The position numbers and the translations under genes were made by a program. From positions 434,001 to 498,000 of the forward strand of contig NW_027191404.1 in NCBI RefSeq assembly GCF_041146345.1: DNA of 64,000 bases, given 5' to 3'. Numbering within the stretch: the stretch's first letter is position 1; every line of letters begins with the position of its first letter. The notes below the pieces were generated by a model. It ran no database searches. It was not told the origin of the DNA and saw only the letters and a list, made by a program, of their open reading frames with translations. This document shows, in pieces, positions 39,374 to 51,408 of this stretch. This DNA is from Neodothiora populina (Eukaryota).

Positions 39374-40840
39374 TCACGTGCTCTGAACCATGCATCGCTT
39401 GATAATGGAGACAAGACATGCGCAGACCAGAAGAACGCCGATGAGAAGTCGGAATATGGACGATGAAGGCACCTTGTCAGTCTGACCTGAGCCGCCGTCA
39501 ATCCAGTAGGTGGATCTCATCGTGATTTTCATCATCCGCTCCATAATACGCCACGCCAGATCGATCACTTGAGCACTCGATCTAGAGGTTGTACCGTAGT
39601 TGACTGGGTTCGTAGTAGTTGTGGTCGAGTCCACAGCTTCCGGAGTAATACTACCAATTTCGGTGATTGTAGCCATCGCTCGGTTCAATGCAGCACCAGC
39701 GAGATACTGGTGTTGACGGTCATCTCGAATCACTCCCTCCACAGCCTCATGTTCCGCTCGGTCTAGCTTGTCTCTCTGCATCGCAATGATCTGCAGTGTC
39801 TTGGTCAAAGAATGCCCTAGCAGATCTTTGACTCGTTGTAGTTCAGCTATAGCCGTCTGCGTTTCTTGCCTCAGATAAGAGATTCTTCTCACGCAAGCAT
39901 CGTCCTTGAGCAAGAGTGCCAACGCCTCCGCGTCAGTCATGTATTGCTCGACGAGTGTCGCACCGGCTCGAGACCTGTGGACAGCCGAGTGTCGCACTTG
40001 CGCAATCGACTCGAGTAGCTCGGCTAGTGGTTTGTTTTGTATTGCTTGCTGCAATTCCTCCGGCTCGAAGACGTTTGGGTGAGCAGCAAACACCTTACAC
40101 CATAGGTTAAGTTCTGCAGATTCGGGACAGTCCCATCCCTCGCCGTCCATCACCTTCTTCAATTTCACTTGGCCGAAATCGAAGCATGCTAGTTCCAGAG
40201 CGGTTTGGACATTAGCGAGGAGCTTAATTTGAGTCGGCAAAGGCAGATAGACCGGATGCAGTTGCGGAAAGAACGACGGCGTGCTGGATCTGACCACATC
40301 CTGACAGGGAAAAAAGGTCTCTTCGGCAGCTACCAGAGGTGTCAGCAAAGCCTGTAAGGGTAATCAAAGTGGCCCACCTTGCATCTTATCACACTGTGCT
40401 CTATCTATATCGGCTTCGGTCGGTGGATCGGCCACCTTATTTTGACTGGCTGGAGTAGATTGTTCTACAGGGCGAGTTGGCGTGACTGAACCTTTGATGG
40501 CTTTGGCTTCTGCTTTGGCCGCTTTCGTCTCCGATGCCTTTTGGGCTACACGCTGCACTGCGGAGACTTCGAAGAGGTCCGGAAAGCGTGCTTTTGCGAC
40601 AAGAGTCGATTCGAAGATCCTGTCTTTCAACATGACCTCGGCAACCTTGCAGACGTGTTCAAGAGAGTGATTGTTTATGAACTGACGAAGACCTTGATGG
40701 TCTTCTTGCTGCTTCTCTAGAAACTTTCGAATGGACTTTGCATTGCGGAGTGTTGAGTTTGTCCCTTGGAGGTGGGTTCTCAATGTCAGGTATACCGCCT
40801 TTTCAGCAGGTGGTTTCGCAGGCGTACTGGTGGCAGGCAT
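39374..40840 (-). CDS. Hypothetical helical protein with HEPN-like RHSAVH motif, coiled coil and C-terminal TM; intron 40330-40377
   Basis: Two ORFs joined by GTGGGC...GCTGAC...TAG; WDCPESAELN and QVRHSAVHR; C-terminus LLIGVLLVCACLVSII. Confidence 0.7.
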
Positions 40841-41775
40841 ATTGATGGGAACGAAGATGTGAAAAGAAAGAGTGAGGATGTGGTAGATGCAATGATCGAA
40901 GAATACTTATTGCTTCGGATCTTGTTTCTAGCGTTGCACTTCTCTCATTTCTTATATTCGTCACAACGACAAGGTGTTGTACTAAGAAAAGACGCAGGAT
41001 TGATTGGACCAGACAATCTGGCTTAGACAGGCGCGTTCTCAGTCCACCCTCACCATAGTTTATTGCTACATGCTGTCCTGACATAGACCGATAGGACCTC
41101 ATGACGTGTCAGACGTGAGTGCGAGAAGGCGAGACATGGAGAATAAGCGCCTGGTAATCCGCCGATGATCTGCTCGGCAGCATACAAGACGAAGGGTTGT
41201 GACTAAAACACAGCGTCTGCAGTATATGACAGCGCATACAGACGCACTGCATGTGAGGCTGCAAGCAAACCGATAGATGCAAGCGCTTGATTGCTTGGGA
41301 CCCATGCGGGTTTTGATATATGCGCGGAGGCACGGCTGCACGGCTGCGTGATCAGATGCTCTGGCCGGGATGCGAGTACACGACTCGGTCCTCCCGAGAA
41401 TCTCAATGGGATGCGAAAGGGCTGGTCATCCAGCAGCGTGTGAGAAGGAAAGTCTGGTACTCGAATGTAATGTATGAGGTACCTTATGCGATGGTCGATG
41501 TAAAGCAACAGTGCGTTCCTCCCCCACACGGGAGCGAGGTGGAGTAGTCATTGCCAAGCATCCATACTGTCGGATCAGGACGAGGCGCGCGCATGCCTGT
41601 TCTGGCTGGTTCTGAATAGAGCAAGGAAGGAGCAGAGGAGGATCTCGACTCAGTGAGCAGAAGACATTTGTCAAAACACTGCCTGCCATTACATCTATGA
41701 TAATTTGTTCTTTCTCTCAACTATCCCTCCATCCAAGGCAACTGATAGCATCACCGCAACGACAACAACAAAACA

Positions 41776-43016
41776 ATGTCTGACGATGAGCACATTGTGG
41801 CTGGCGCGCCGGACGCGACGATAGAAGACCTCGACCCGCCTGCTCACAAACCAAAGTACAAGTCATGGCGCAAGAAGTACCGAAAGATGAAGACGCACTT
41901 TGACCAGGTGCTCAAGGACAACAACTCGCTGTTTGTGGAAGAGCAGAAGTTGGAAACACTGAACAAGCGGCTTCAGGAACAGAACGAGTAAGCGCCGCCT
42001 CGTTTCTTCTCTTGCTAGACATTACTGACTCCGACAGTCAATTGCTCGACATTCTACTCGACCTCAATGACTCGCTCAATCTACCAAGGTCTCTGCGATA
42101 CGACTTGACTTTCACGCGCGACAGGACGACAGAATACGACGGATACGACCTGTCGCAAGCCAACGCCGAGATCATCGACGTACACAATGCTGTGCAGACA
42201 GGCGATTGTCCGCAGCCCATGTATCAGCAATTCCGCACAGAGCTGGAGCAAACGCTGTCGCGCCGCGGTGTCCGCCGTCTCGAAGACCTCGAAGACGCCA
42301 TCCCTCACCCCGTGGCCGACGAAGCCGCCGACGTCGACGCAGTCCTGCAGCCCGAATACCTGACCACCGCGCAACAAGACGCCTACCTCCTGGCCATGGA
42401 CGCCCAATCAGGCGACACCTGGGCTCTGACGCAGACCTTACCCACACCGCCCGTCAAATTCGCCGAAATGACATCCCGCGAGCTGGAGCGCGAGATCGAG
42501 CTTCGAAACCCTCACTCGGTGCACTCGTGGCTGAAGAAACACAAGCGCGAGCACGAAGCCGCCGACGACGCAGCGAGCGAGGCAGCCGCAGCCGCCCAAG
42601 CCACCACGCCTGCCACAGGAAGAAAGAGAGGCACGAACCTGGCCAAGAAGATGGGAGACCGAGCCGTCAATCGCGCTAGACACAGCGCAGTCGCCGGCTC
42701 TTCCACCGCCGCTGCTGGCCCAGCTGGAGCTGGCGCAGACGATGCAGGTAGTCCCGCAAGCAATGCGTCCAGGCTCCTAGACGGCGACAGCATGCTGGAC
42801 GACGACGCGGACTTTGATTCTCCTCCTGCGAGCGTCAGCGCCTCCTCGCGTAAGAAGGGCGGAGACAAAGACGACACTTATCGGCCCAAGGGGGGCAGCT
42901 CTAAGAAAGCCAAAAGAAAGAGAGAGGGCGACTCAGAGGGCGGCACTGCTACCAAGGGCAAAAAGGCCAGGACGAGTGCAGCCGCCAGTCTAGCCGCTGC
43001 TGCTGGGGAGAAATAA
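41776..43016 (+). CDS. IEC3: INO80 complex subunit Iec3; intron 41988-42037
   Basis: YKSWRKKYRKMK...LQEQNDQLLDILLDLN, LRNPHSVHSWLKKH and DDTYRPKGGSS. Confidence 0.88.
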
Positions 43017-43420
43017 GTGAAGGAGGAAGCAGCAGGGCATGTGTACTTTTCAATCGAGTTCTTCCTTTGCGTTTCCCACCAAACAGTCTTGCTGAAGTGT
43101 CAGCTTAGTATGACGGCTAAAGGGGAGGGGACACGAGAGAATCCACTCGTCGGTACCTATCGAAACTTGCAACAATCAATAATATTTTCGATTTCGACGA
43201 TGAAAGCGACATCCGCTCCATTCAGAGAAACACCAAGTATCCCCGTCATTCCGAGTAGACTTCTCACACTCGCGCCGCTCCACTTAATACCTCCCCCCCC
43301 CCCCCCGCGCCCCATTCCTACCCTACTTGTGTTCAAATAAAAAGAAAAGCACCAAGTACATGGAAATCAGAGAAAAGATATGAGTCGCGGAATTTCTCCA
43401 GTCTTTCTAGCCAAGATATA

Positions 43421-46400
43421 TCAACAACTACAATCCCGATTCAACCATCCACGCTCCCACATCATCTGCGCCAATTCTCTTTCGTCTCGTTCCTTTTCGA
43501 GCCTCGTGGAATCTTCTTCTTCTTCTTCTCCTTGTACTTCTTCTACTTCTTCTACTCTTTTTGCATTTTCTGTTTCGTCTCCGTCTTCTGCGCCTCGCGG
43601 GTGTACGGTGTCTTGTACTCTTTCCTGTGCACCGCTCTCTTGTGCTGTGGTGGCGCGGTTCGACCGAGATGGAACCAAGTCAGAAGTGCACGTCTTGATG
43701 GGCTGTCGCGTTTGCATTCTACGCGTCCACGCTCTGAGACACGGGTAGGAGTCGCGAGTAGGCGCGTTGTGTGATGTGCCGTTATCGATCTTGTCGTCGT
43801 CAGAGAACGACGATAAGGTGACAGCAGAGAGAATGTGCCTCACAGGAGGCCAAAAGGCACAGTCTGCAATGCCAAAGTCTGGGCCTGCGAGCCATTCTGT
43901 GGCATCTCTTGACCTGCTGGCGGTGGTGAGAAGGTGGTCTTCTAGCTCTTGCAATGCTTTTGACTCGACGAGGCTATGTGTCCTGTCTTGTACGCTTTCG
44001 GCAGTATTTACTTGAGGCATCTGTTCTGAGACGTTCATGACTTTTGCGAGGGTGCCGGAAGTCAAGAGTTCGTATTCGCACGCGCTCTGTAGGCTGGTCG
44101 ACGACGAATGCTCGGGAGGTGGAACAGGGGCACGGGCACATGTTTCTTGCAGGTAGAGAAGAGTGGCCACTAATCCTGTGACCATGGTATTCGTGGTATC
44201 GTTGTCTCTAAATGCAACATTCCGTCGATGAGGAATCGGAGGTAGTGGTAGACCTTCAGGGTCAAGAAGTGAAGTAGGTATATCTGGTGGCAGACATGAT
44301 ACAAGTTCATGTGCTTCCACATTCAGATGAGCAAGATAGAGCCTCACTGCCTCATCTTCGAGTGTACGTGCAGAAAGGAACAATATGGGTTGGTTCTCAA
44401 ACGGAGGAGGTGACTTCAGATGCAGGACATCGAAACCTGCGCCATAGGTACTTTCCCAATCAAAGTCGGTGCTCTGGTTCTCAATGCCAAATGCATCGAT
44501 CATCTCTTGACTCTTTTCATTCTCACCATTGACAGTCGAACGCGCAGTGCCGCGGTCTTTGGACCTAGCTCCTTGGCCCCAGATACGTCGCGAATTCGAG
44601 GAGAGAAAGGTGGATATGTGTCTGAACGTCAAGGATATCCGCATGCCGCCATATGCAAGTTCGGCTGACGAGCGATCGTGAGGTAGGCGTTTGTCGGCAG
44701 TGATGCCATGCAGCCAAGCAGCATTTGTGTCGAGGCCCATCACGAACATACTGTTGTGCGGCATCGGTATCCTCTGGGTGTCACGCTGAGAGCCTTGCTT
44801 CTGCACTTGGTTCGCCTTTCCTGCATGAGAGGCTGCCGAAGCGGTGCCACCGTGAATTCCGTCAGATGCCGCATTCTCATTCGCTGTCGAAGCAGTGACA
44901 GGCCTCTTGGTCCGCAGTCGCATCGTGCGCTGAGCACCGAATGATACGTTGACAATCTTGCTTCCATGTTCTATGTCAAGTGTCTTGTCGGAGTGCTCAG
45001 AGATGTAGTCTTGACCGCTCCTATACAGTTGTATCAACACATGGTTGAGCTTGTGCCCGACTCTTTGCTCGGCTTCCCGCCTGATGTGTGCCACACCAGC
45101 ACTCCAATGCAGCAGCGGCAGCGACTGATCGGCGGGATGTCGATATACAGGCATGCTTCCGCTTGTACTATCGATATCACCTTGACAGCACACTAACCGA
45201 GGCACTTCTCCCGCGGCATGATACATTCGTTGCCAGTGGACTTCGTGCAACAGTTGCATGAAGACTGTATCGGAATTGTCCGGCGGGAGTAGATCGTAGA
45301 CCATACTCGATTCACCGCTGCCTATCGCATCGCCTGGCCCAAGAGTCGGAAGTGGTGTCTTCCAGCTCTTTTGTTTGGTTCGCCTAGGAACACTCTGTAA
45401 GAGCGGGGCATTGCTTTGCAGGCTGGGTGCCGCGCCTAATTTATCCGGGGACGATGTAATGCTCATAACACGCGGGTTCTCAGAGCCTGACTGCGGTTTA
45501 TGTGGTATCTCTGAAGGAATAGTATGTACTTTATTAGCAGAGCCAATATCACTGCCAGATAAGGACCTATCATGCACAGGTTCATCCAGCCTTTCCAGCG
45601 ATGTAGCTGAAGCTTGTACACGCAGATTGTGTCCTTCTTCTACCGTATATGAGTCCAAGTCTGACTTCATGACCTCACTCGCACTGATCCGCTGCTGTCC
45701 GAGCTTCCTTGCGGTCGTTGTCTCTTCGCGCTGGTTCTTTTCATCAGCGGAGGAGGAGAGATTGTAGCGTGCACTTGGTGAACACTCAATGCTAGCAGGT
45801 TCTGCATGCTCAGCGGCAGGGTCTCTGGTGCCTGAGTGCTGGACCGTTGCTGTAGAAAGTGAAGCTTCACTTAGTACTCTATCTCCTGCAGTTTTGATGA
45901 GATGAAAACGAAAATTCACGTACAGCTAGGGCTGGGGATGTGGGTGTCTCACTACCGTTATCGTCAACATCAGCATCGCGATCATTACTCTCATCATCAT
46001 CATCATCTTCATGCGCTGCGGTGTTCTCGGAATCATCGTCGTCCGAAACCTCTTCTCCACGTAGCCTTGCAAGAACTGAGAACGAAGTTGTCACTTCGGC
46101 ACCCATATAGCTGACCATCTCTGCGACAGCCCGTTTGTGTCTGTTCGTGTTTCGACATCCTAGACAATCCCGGACAATATTGATCTTCAGGCCATATCGT
46201 GCGACATCTGTCGCTGTGGCATAGACTGACAGATTTGTATTGCAGCCGGCAAAATATAGATCTGTGATCAACTTTGCACGCAATTGTAGCAAGAGCGAAG
46301 TCCCTGTGAATGCGGAGTAGTAAGACTTGGTGATCTGGATATCGTTGGGTTGTATCAGGTCTTTGATCTCGTCAATCGGTTCAGCCCCCCATGTACCCGG

Positions 46401-46910
46401 CTTGCAGCATGCTTGTTTGGCACTGGTTTCTGATAAAAACAACTCAGGATCTTCGGATGTCAGGCTTGCTTCGGGTTCACTGTCTTCGCCAGAGTCTGGG
46501 TCCATCGTTGTTCCTAGAGCACGAGCGATGATAGCATTGTGTCGGCCCATGGACCGAGGCAGCCTCGGAACTGACGCTCCCGGGGGAGGTTCCTGCTCGC
46601 GAGACGGATCCAGTGGTCTCGTGGCAGGTGGTTGTGCCTCTGCGATCATGACTCTGCAACCGTTCCCAGATGGATCGTTCACGGTGCGATCCCCACGATA
46701 CTCTGTCCAAACCCATATGATTATGCCGTGTTCGCGGAAAGCAGGCACAACCTCTCGGATACGCTCGACAAAATTGGAACTCGTGGTCATGGGCAGCTTG
46801 CCGTCCGGCGAGAGGAAATCGTTCTGCAAACCCGTGACAATCAAGGCTTGACGAGTCTGAACCGTGGCCGAGCTCCGTGCCAGGAGGGTAGCTGCAAGGG
46901 AAGACATCAT
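43421..46910 (-). CDS. Isochorismatase-like + AlkB-type 2OG-Fe(II) oxygenase + GST-C-like fusion; one intron near 45850-45952 (donor uncertain)
   Basis: LQNDF, GTWGAE, KSYYSAF, GCNTNLSVYAT; then YRSGQDYISEHSDKTLD, WLHGI, RISLTFR; then WLAGPDFGIADCAFWP. Confidence 0.85.
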
Positions 46911-47119
46911 TCAACCGCAGTACTCGCCCCACCGGTTAGTGATGCGGAGCAGCCCGAGAATGGCTTGTGACAGAGCAGACGTGTGTAGTACAGAAGAAGA
47001 GAGTGAGAAGAAACAAAGAAATGGAATAAAGTTTTTTTTCTTTCTTAGTTGCACATTGAAAAGGTACAGAAAATACGAAACAGAGGGCGGAGCACAACTT
47101 TCATGATTATTATACGCGC

Positions 47120-48990
47120 AGACGGATTTGTATATTAGGACGCATCCGTAACCACTCCCTTGGGATTCGCTGAAGCAAGCCTACGAAATGCGCATTGTTG
47201 CACATAGAAGACCGACCGACCAGTCTCGCCAACAAACGGGGAGCATGGGACTTGCTTACGACTCAGGTAAACGGGAGGTATTAGGAATAGGCTGAGGGGT
47301 CCTTGACAGTCAGGAAGTTGGAATAGCCCTGCGAACCAGCACAAGCAACGCAGCTGTAGCGGCAGAGGCGGTGCCTTCCTTAGCTCTTGCTGGGGCCGTG
47401 CGACTTCCGTTCCAGTACGGGGCTATCAAAGCGTCGCGACTCGCAACCGTTGCCAGTGCTAGACATTGCTTCTGCTAGTCTACACACACACTTCATGGTG
47501 AGTGACACAGTATGTACACGGAAATATCATACCAGCACGCATTGGCAAAGGTGTATATGCAGCGAGGGTTTTCTCTCGGCATCATTGGCATTCAAGGCCT
47601 GATCGACAGCAGTTAAAAGTATCTCGAGATCGGCAAAGTGACCTAAGCCACTATGGTTTAGCCCTGCGCGCTCTGCTCGCCCTGCTCGTGAAATGCAAAG
47701 TACGGGCTTGCTTTCACAAGGTCGGCAGATCCACCGGCCGAATCCTGCACGCACAACAGGAAGGGGTGGCGGGCTGGTCCACCGCCAGAGCCGACTACCT
47801 AACCAGAGCAGGTCATGATTCGAACAGTGCCGGACAACCACTGCACGTTTCCTACAGTAAAACAAGTATGTACGTCATGTTGATGCTTTGCATGGCCTAC
47901 CTTAATTCACTCTACTGTAATTCCCACGTGGGTTTGACAGGGGGTTCAGGTGAACCGCAACCACTCCGCATCTGACTAGTTGGGAACTCGCTGTCTGGCT
48001 TCGCAGCTTCTTTGTTCTGGCCAGGTCTAGAAGCATTTGTCACTGAGGCCACACCATCGACCAAAACGGCAAAATAAAACAGTGGGCTGATGCAAAAACA
48101 CACAGTAATTGTCAGGTATAGAAAGTATCTTCGCATGCCAGATGCATGCAGTTGATTTGTCAATCACAAGCAACCACAGACGCATCTGTATCTGCTGCAG
48201 AGAGTTCGCAGGTAGACTAGGATATCTCCGAAGCCCACAAGGCAAGCCTTTAAAAAGCTTCGGTAGTGTAAGATCCCAGGTGAGCCGAACATGAAACCAT
48301 GGCTTTGCAAGCCATTTTTCGCCATCCACATTATAGTGTTAGCTCCGCGGGACCCGTTCAAGAGACTTGACTACGCAATCCATCACACATGGCGCTCGTT
48401 CCAAGAAGAGGAGAGGAGACGTAGTGGAGAAACTTTGTGGCAGGTCATCTTGCCATGTGTTTGGCCGGTTATTGCTGCTTACTCCGGGAGATTCTTCCTT
48501 TTATCTCCGCTGGCGATATTACAGACCTCCTAGACTTTTCACTTGTATTGTCCGCCGCAAAGAAACCCGTGTCCGCGGCCCGGATCGGAGTTCGAGCGAT
48601 CCATTCCAACATTATGTATTCGTTTCTGCTTTGGCGCGATCTACGGTGTTTATGCTATGCTGTTGTACGCTTATACATTCCTTGAGAAGAGGGTGCCATG
48701 GAAGACCATCGGGCGGGCCGATTGTCTATTGTGGTCAAGGCACCTCGGCTTTGCCATGACACCATGCGCCATGCATCAAAAGTGATCGCCGTGGCACATA
48801 GTGGCTGCCACGTGAACCGCTAGATCCAAATCGTCTTAAGCCTCCTCTCGGACGCAGCTTGCCTGTGCGACGTGATTGGATGACGAGCACCGTACTTGCT
48901 ACAAGTTAGTGGGGCACTTTTAAGAAACTCGCGGTAGACTTCTTGTGTCCTATCCGCACATTTGTAGTCCAAGGTGGACATTCAGCGTAA
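47120..48990 (+). ncRNA. Candidate long structured ncRNA, possibly telomerase RNA (candidate template ACCUAACC at 47797-47804)
   Basis: Gene-free gap; end pairing 47136-47144/48944-48952; helix closing directly 5' of the template; pseudoknot-like pairings; 3' three-way junction; Sm-like AUUUGUAG then GTAAGT. G-U pairs favour the + strand. Folded by eye only. Confidence 0.5.
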
Positions 48991-49528
48991 GTCGATACCG
49001 CTTTCCATATATGCGGTGGAGCAACGCACAAGGATCCTGGGCACAGTCGCCAAGATATTGTACGAACGACTGTGCAGTCAGGGGGATTGCCAGAGCACTC
49101 ACCAAAATCCTTGTTGCGCGCGCGGTCGCGTTAGGCGATACAAAACGTTCTGATCAGCGTGGTCGCTACCACTGTGACGGGATCACTGTGATGGCAAGGG
49201 TTTGCATGAAGGAGGAAGGATGCTGGGATCAGGACCGGGCACGTCGCTTAAAGTTGTGTTCGGGCAGCGAGACAGTACTGTCAAATTTACCAAGGATATT
49301 CATCGAAATTCTTGAGACCATCATGCAGGTCAGATTGACCGGTCTGCGAACAGACCCGCTATACGACGCTGAAGTGGACAAGGATGGATGCTCGAGGATA
49401 CCACTGTCGGTGAATTGGTAAGCGGTGTTCATCATGCAAGCGGTGGTGCCTTGGTAGCAGAAGTGGTTGATTCGACCCCCGAAAAAAAGCATCCGTGAAG
49501 AGTCGACTGCAGTGTGGGTATTTTACAG

Positions 49529-49908
49529 TCACTTGCCAAAGAAAGAGGTGATCTTCTGCGTGCCGTCAGCGCGACTCTTAGAAGCAGCCTTTGCAGCTGA
49601 TCCGTTGGATGTCGCGCTCCTCGTCTTTCGCGTAGGGGCTAGATCTTCTCCTGGACTTTTGAGGTGCGGCTCCTCAGTGTAGCCGTCATCGGCGATGCTA
49701 CTCCGGGCCTTTTTAAGATACGGAGATTTGATGTCCGTAAGATCATGTGCGTCTGGGTTTTCACGTTTGATGCCTTCCTTCGGATTTTCATCGGACAGTT
49801 CGTCCTTTGGTTTGGGCAAAGGAGCGTTGTCTTCGGTCGATACAGGATCGACATCGGTATATCTGTTCTCGCCGGGCTCTCTTTTGATTTCTTTAGCCCG
49901 GCTCTTCA

Positions 49909-49941
<33 letters not shown>

Positions 49942-50944
49942 CCTCCTCCTTCTTGACAATTTCTGTTTCTGCTTGGCCTCTGGCCTCTTCTTTTTGTTTG
50001 GAAAAGAAGTTCGCAATGTTATTCTTGTTCTCCTTGCTGCTAATAGGGACGATGAAGTTCGGTGAATTGTTCCCAACCTTCCCGACTGCCTTATCGACTG
50101 CATAGCATTCAAGCTCGCCACGATAAGGCTGCAGCAGGCTCTGCAACTCCTTGGACCAGGAAGAGCGAGACGGGTCCAGCCATAGTTTCATTTCTTCGGA
50201 GCCATTCTCTAAGATGACAGGCATGCGGTCGTGTAGGAAGTTCAGCTGCTTATTCGAACTCGTCGTAATAATGGTGTAGGTGTAGAGTTTCTCATCATGG
50301 CCTTCATACTTGACGCAATCCCACAGGCCGGCGAAGCACATGAGTTGACCATCTTTCCTCTTGACGAAGTGTGGTATTTTCTCCCTGCCGTTATTCTTCT
50401 TGAGCCACTCGTAGAAGCCTTCGGCGATGATGATGCAGCGCTTCTTCTGCTTCATGGTGTTCCACATACCACCTGCTTGGGCGAGTGAGTCATCGCGACA
50501 GTTGATTGTCTTCAATTGACTACCGTAGTCTGGAGCACGTTTGGTCCAGAACGGGATAAGACCCCATTTCATGGCTTGGAGCTTGTACTTGGTGTCTTTG
50601 GTGGTAGCTCCATCGACACCCTGCTTCTGCGCATGCTGCTCCTTCTCTGCCGTCGTGGAAGTACTGGAGGCATTATCAGTGGCAGACTCAGTGTCTTGAG
50701 ATCCAGCACCAGTATCTGGCACCTCGGCTCTATAGACGAGTCCATGATAACCAGGAGCGAAGTTATAGCTCTGTCTCAGAGTCTCGTCCTCGTCATCTGG
50801 TGCATCGTCGACCTGCATGTGCTCATCTTGTAGTCTTCGGCGAGCCATCGAAGGTCGCTGGTATGTGTCAAGACAGGTAATCGATAAACATCATGATTAG
50901 ATAAATGCTGGACTTACGAATGACATGGCATACCGCCCACACAT
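49529..50944 (-). CDS. SRAP/HMCES (DUF159) abasic-site protein; intron 50858-50917
   Basis: N-terminal MCGRY with catalytic Cys2; YNFAPG, MKWGLIPFW, EGFYEW, HDRMPVIL; C-terminal PIP-like QKITSFF. Confidence 0.93.
49909..49938. repeat. (CAT)10 microsatellite encoding poly-Asp in SRAP
   Basis: Direct read of the sequence. Confidence 0.9.
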
Positions 50945-51408
50945 GGTGAAGCGTTGGCAAGGGAACAACGTCCCTGTTCCTAATCAGATATATAAAGCGA
51001 GCCGAAAAGTCAGATCTTTCGATGCAACATGAACATGCGACGATGACGGCAAAGGTATTGTTATGTGGTGATGGTTTAAAGCATTCCATTCGCAGGCTTA
51101 ATGACGTAAACGCGGAGTAATCAACTTGGCGAAAACAGTCCCTCAAAGCATTGCTTTACTTTAAATTGAGGTATACTGATGCATTCTCAGTATGCAGAAT
51201 CAAATAGTGACAATGTTCACCTGCACATTGACTGGGCTGGTGCTGGAGGTCCAGGGTGCAATCAGAATCAGCGTTGTCTTCCTCATCGATGGTCTTTACT
51301 AAAGTATGGTATCTTCGTCATCTCAGAATGCCATCCGCGTATTACCCTTGACTCAGGCTGAACCTATTCTCTATATTCATTCGAGCTAAATCACAAATGT
51401 GCAAGCCC

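Noticed and set aside
43293..43306. C14 homopolymer between convergent genes
   Set aside because: Simple repeat with no evidence of function
47495..47975. 157-aa ORF and ATG|GTGAGT as a protein gene in the 47-49 kb gap
   Set aside because: Splicing from the ATG leads to early stops, the peptide has no recognisable domain, and the RNA helices explain the region better
48945..49421. 158-aa + strand ORF
   Set aside because: Non-ATG start, no domain and atypical composition
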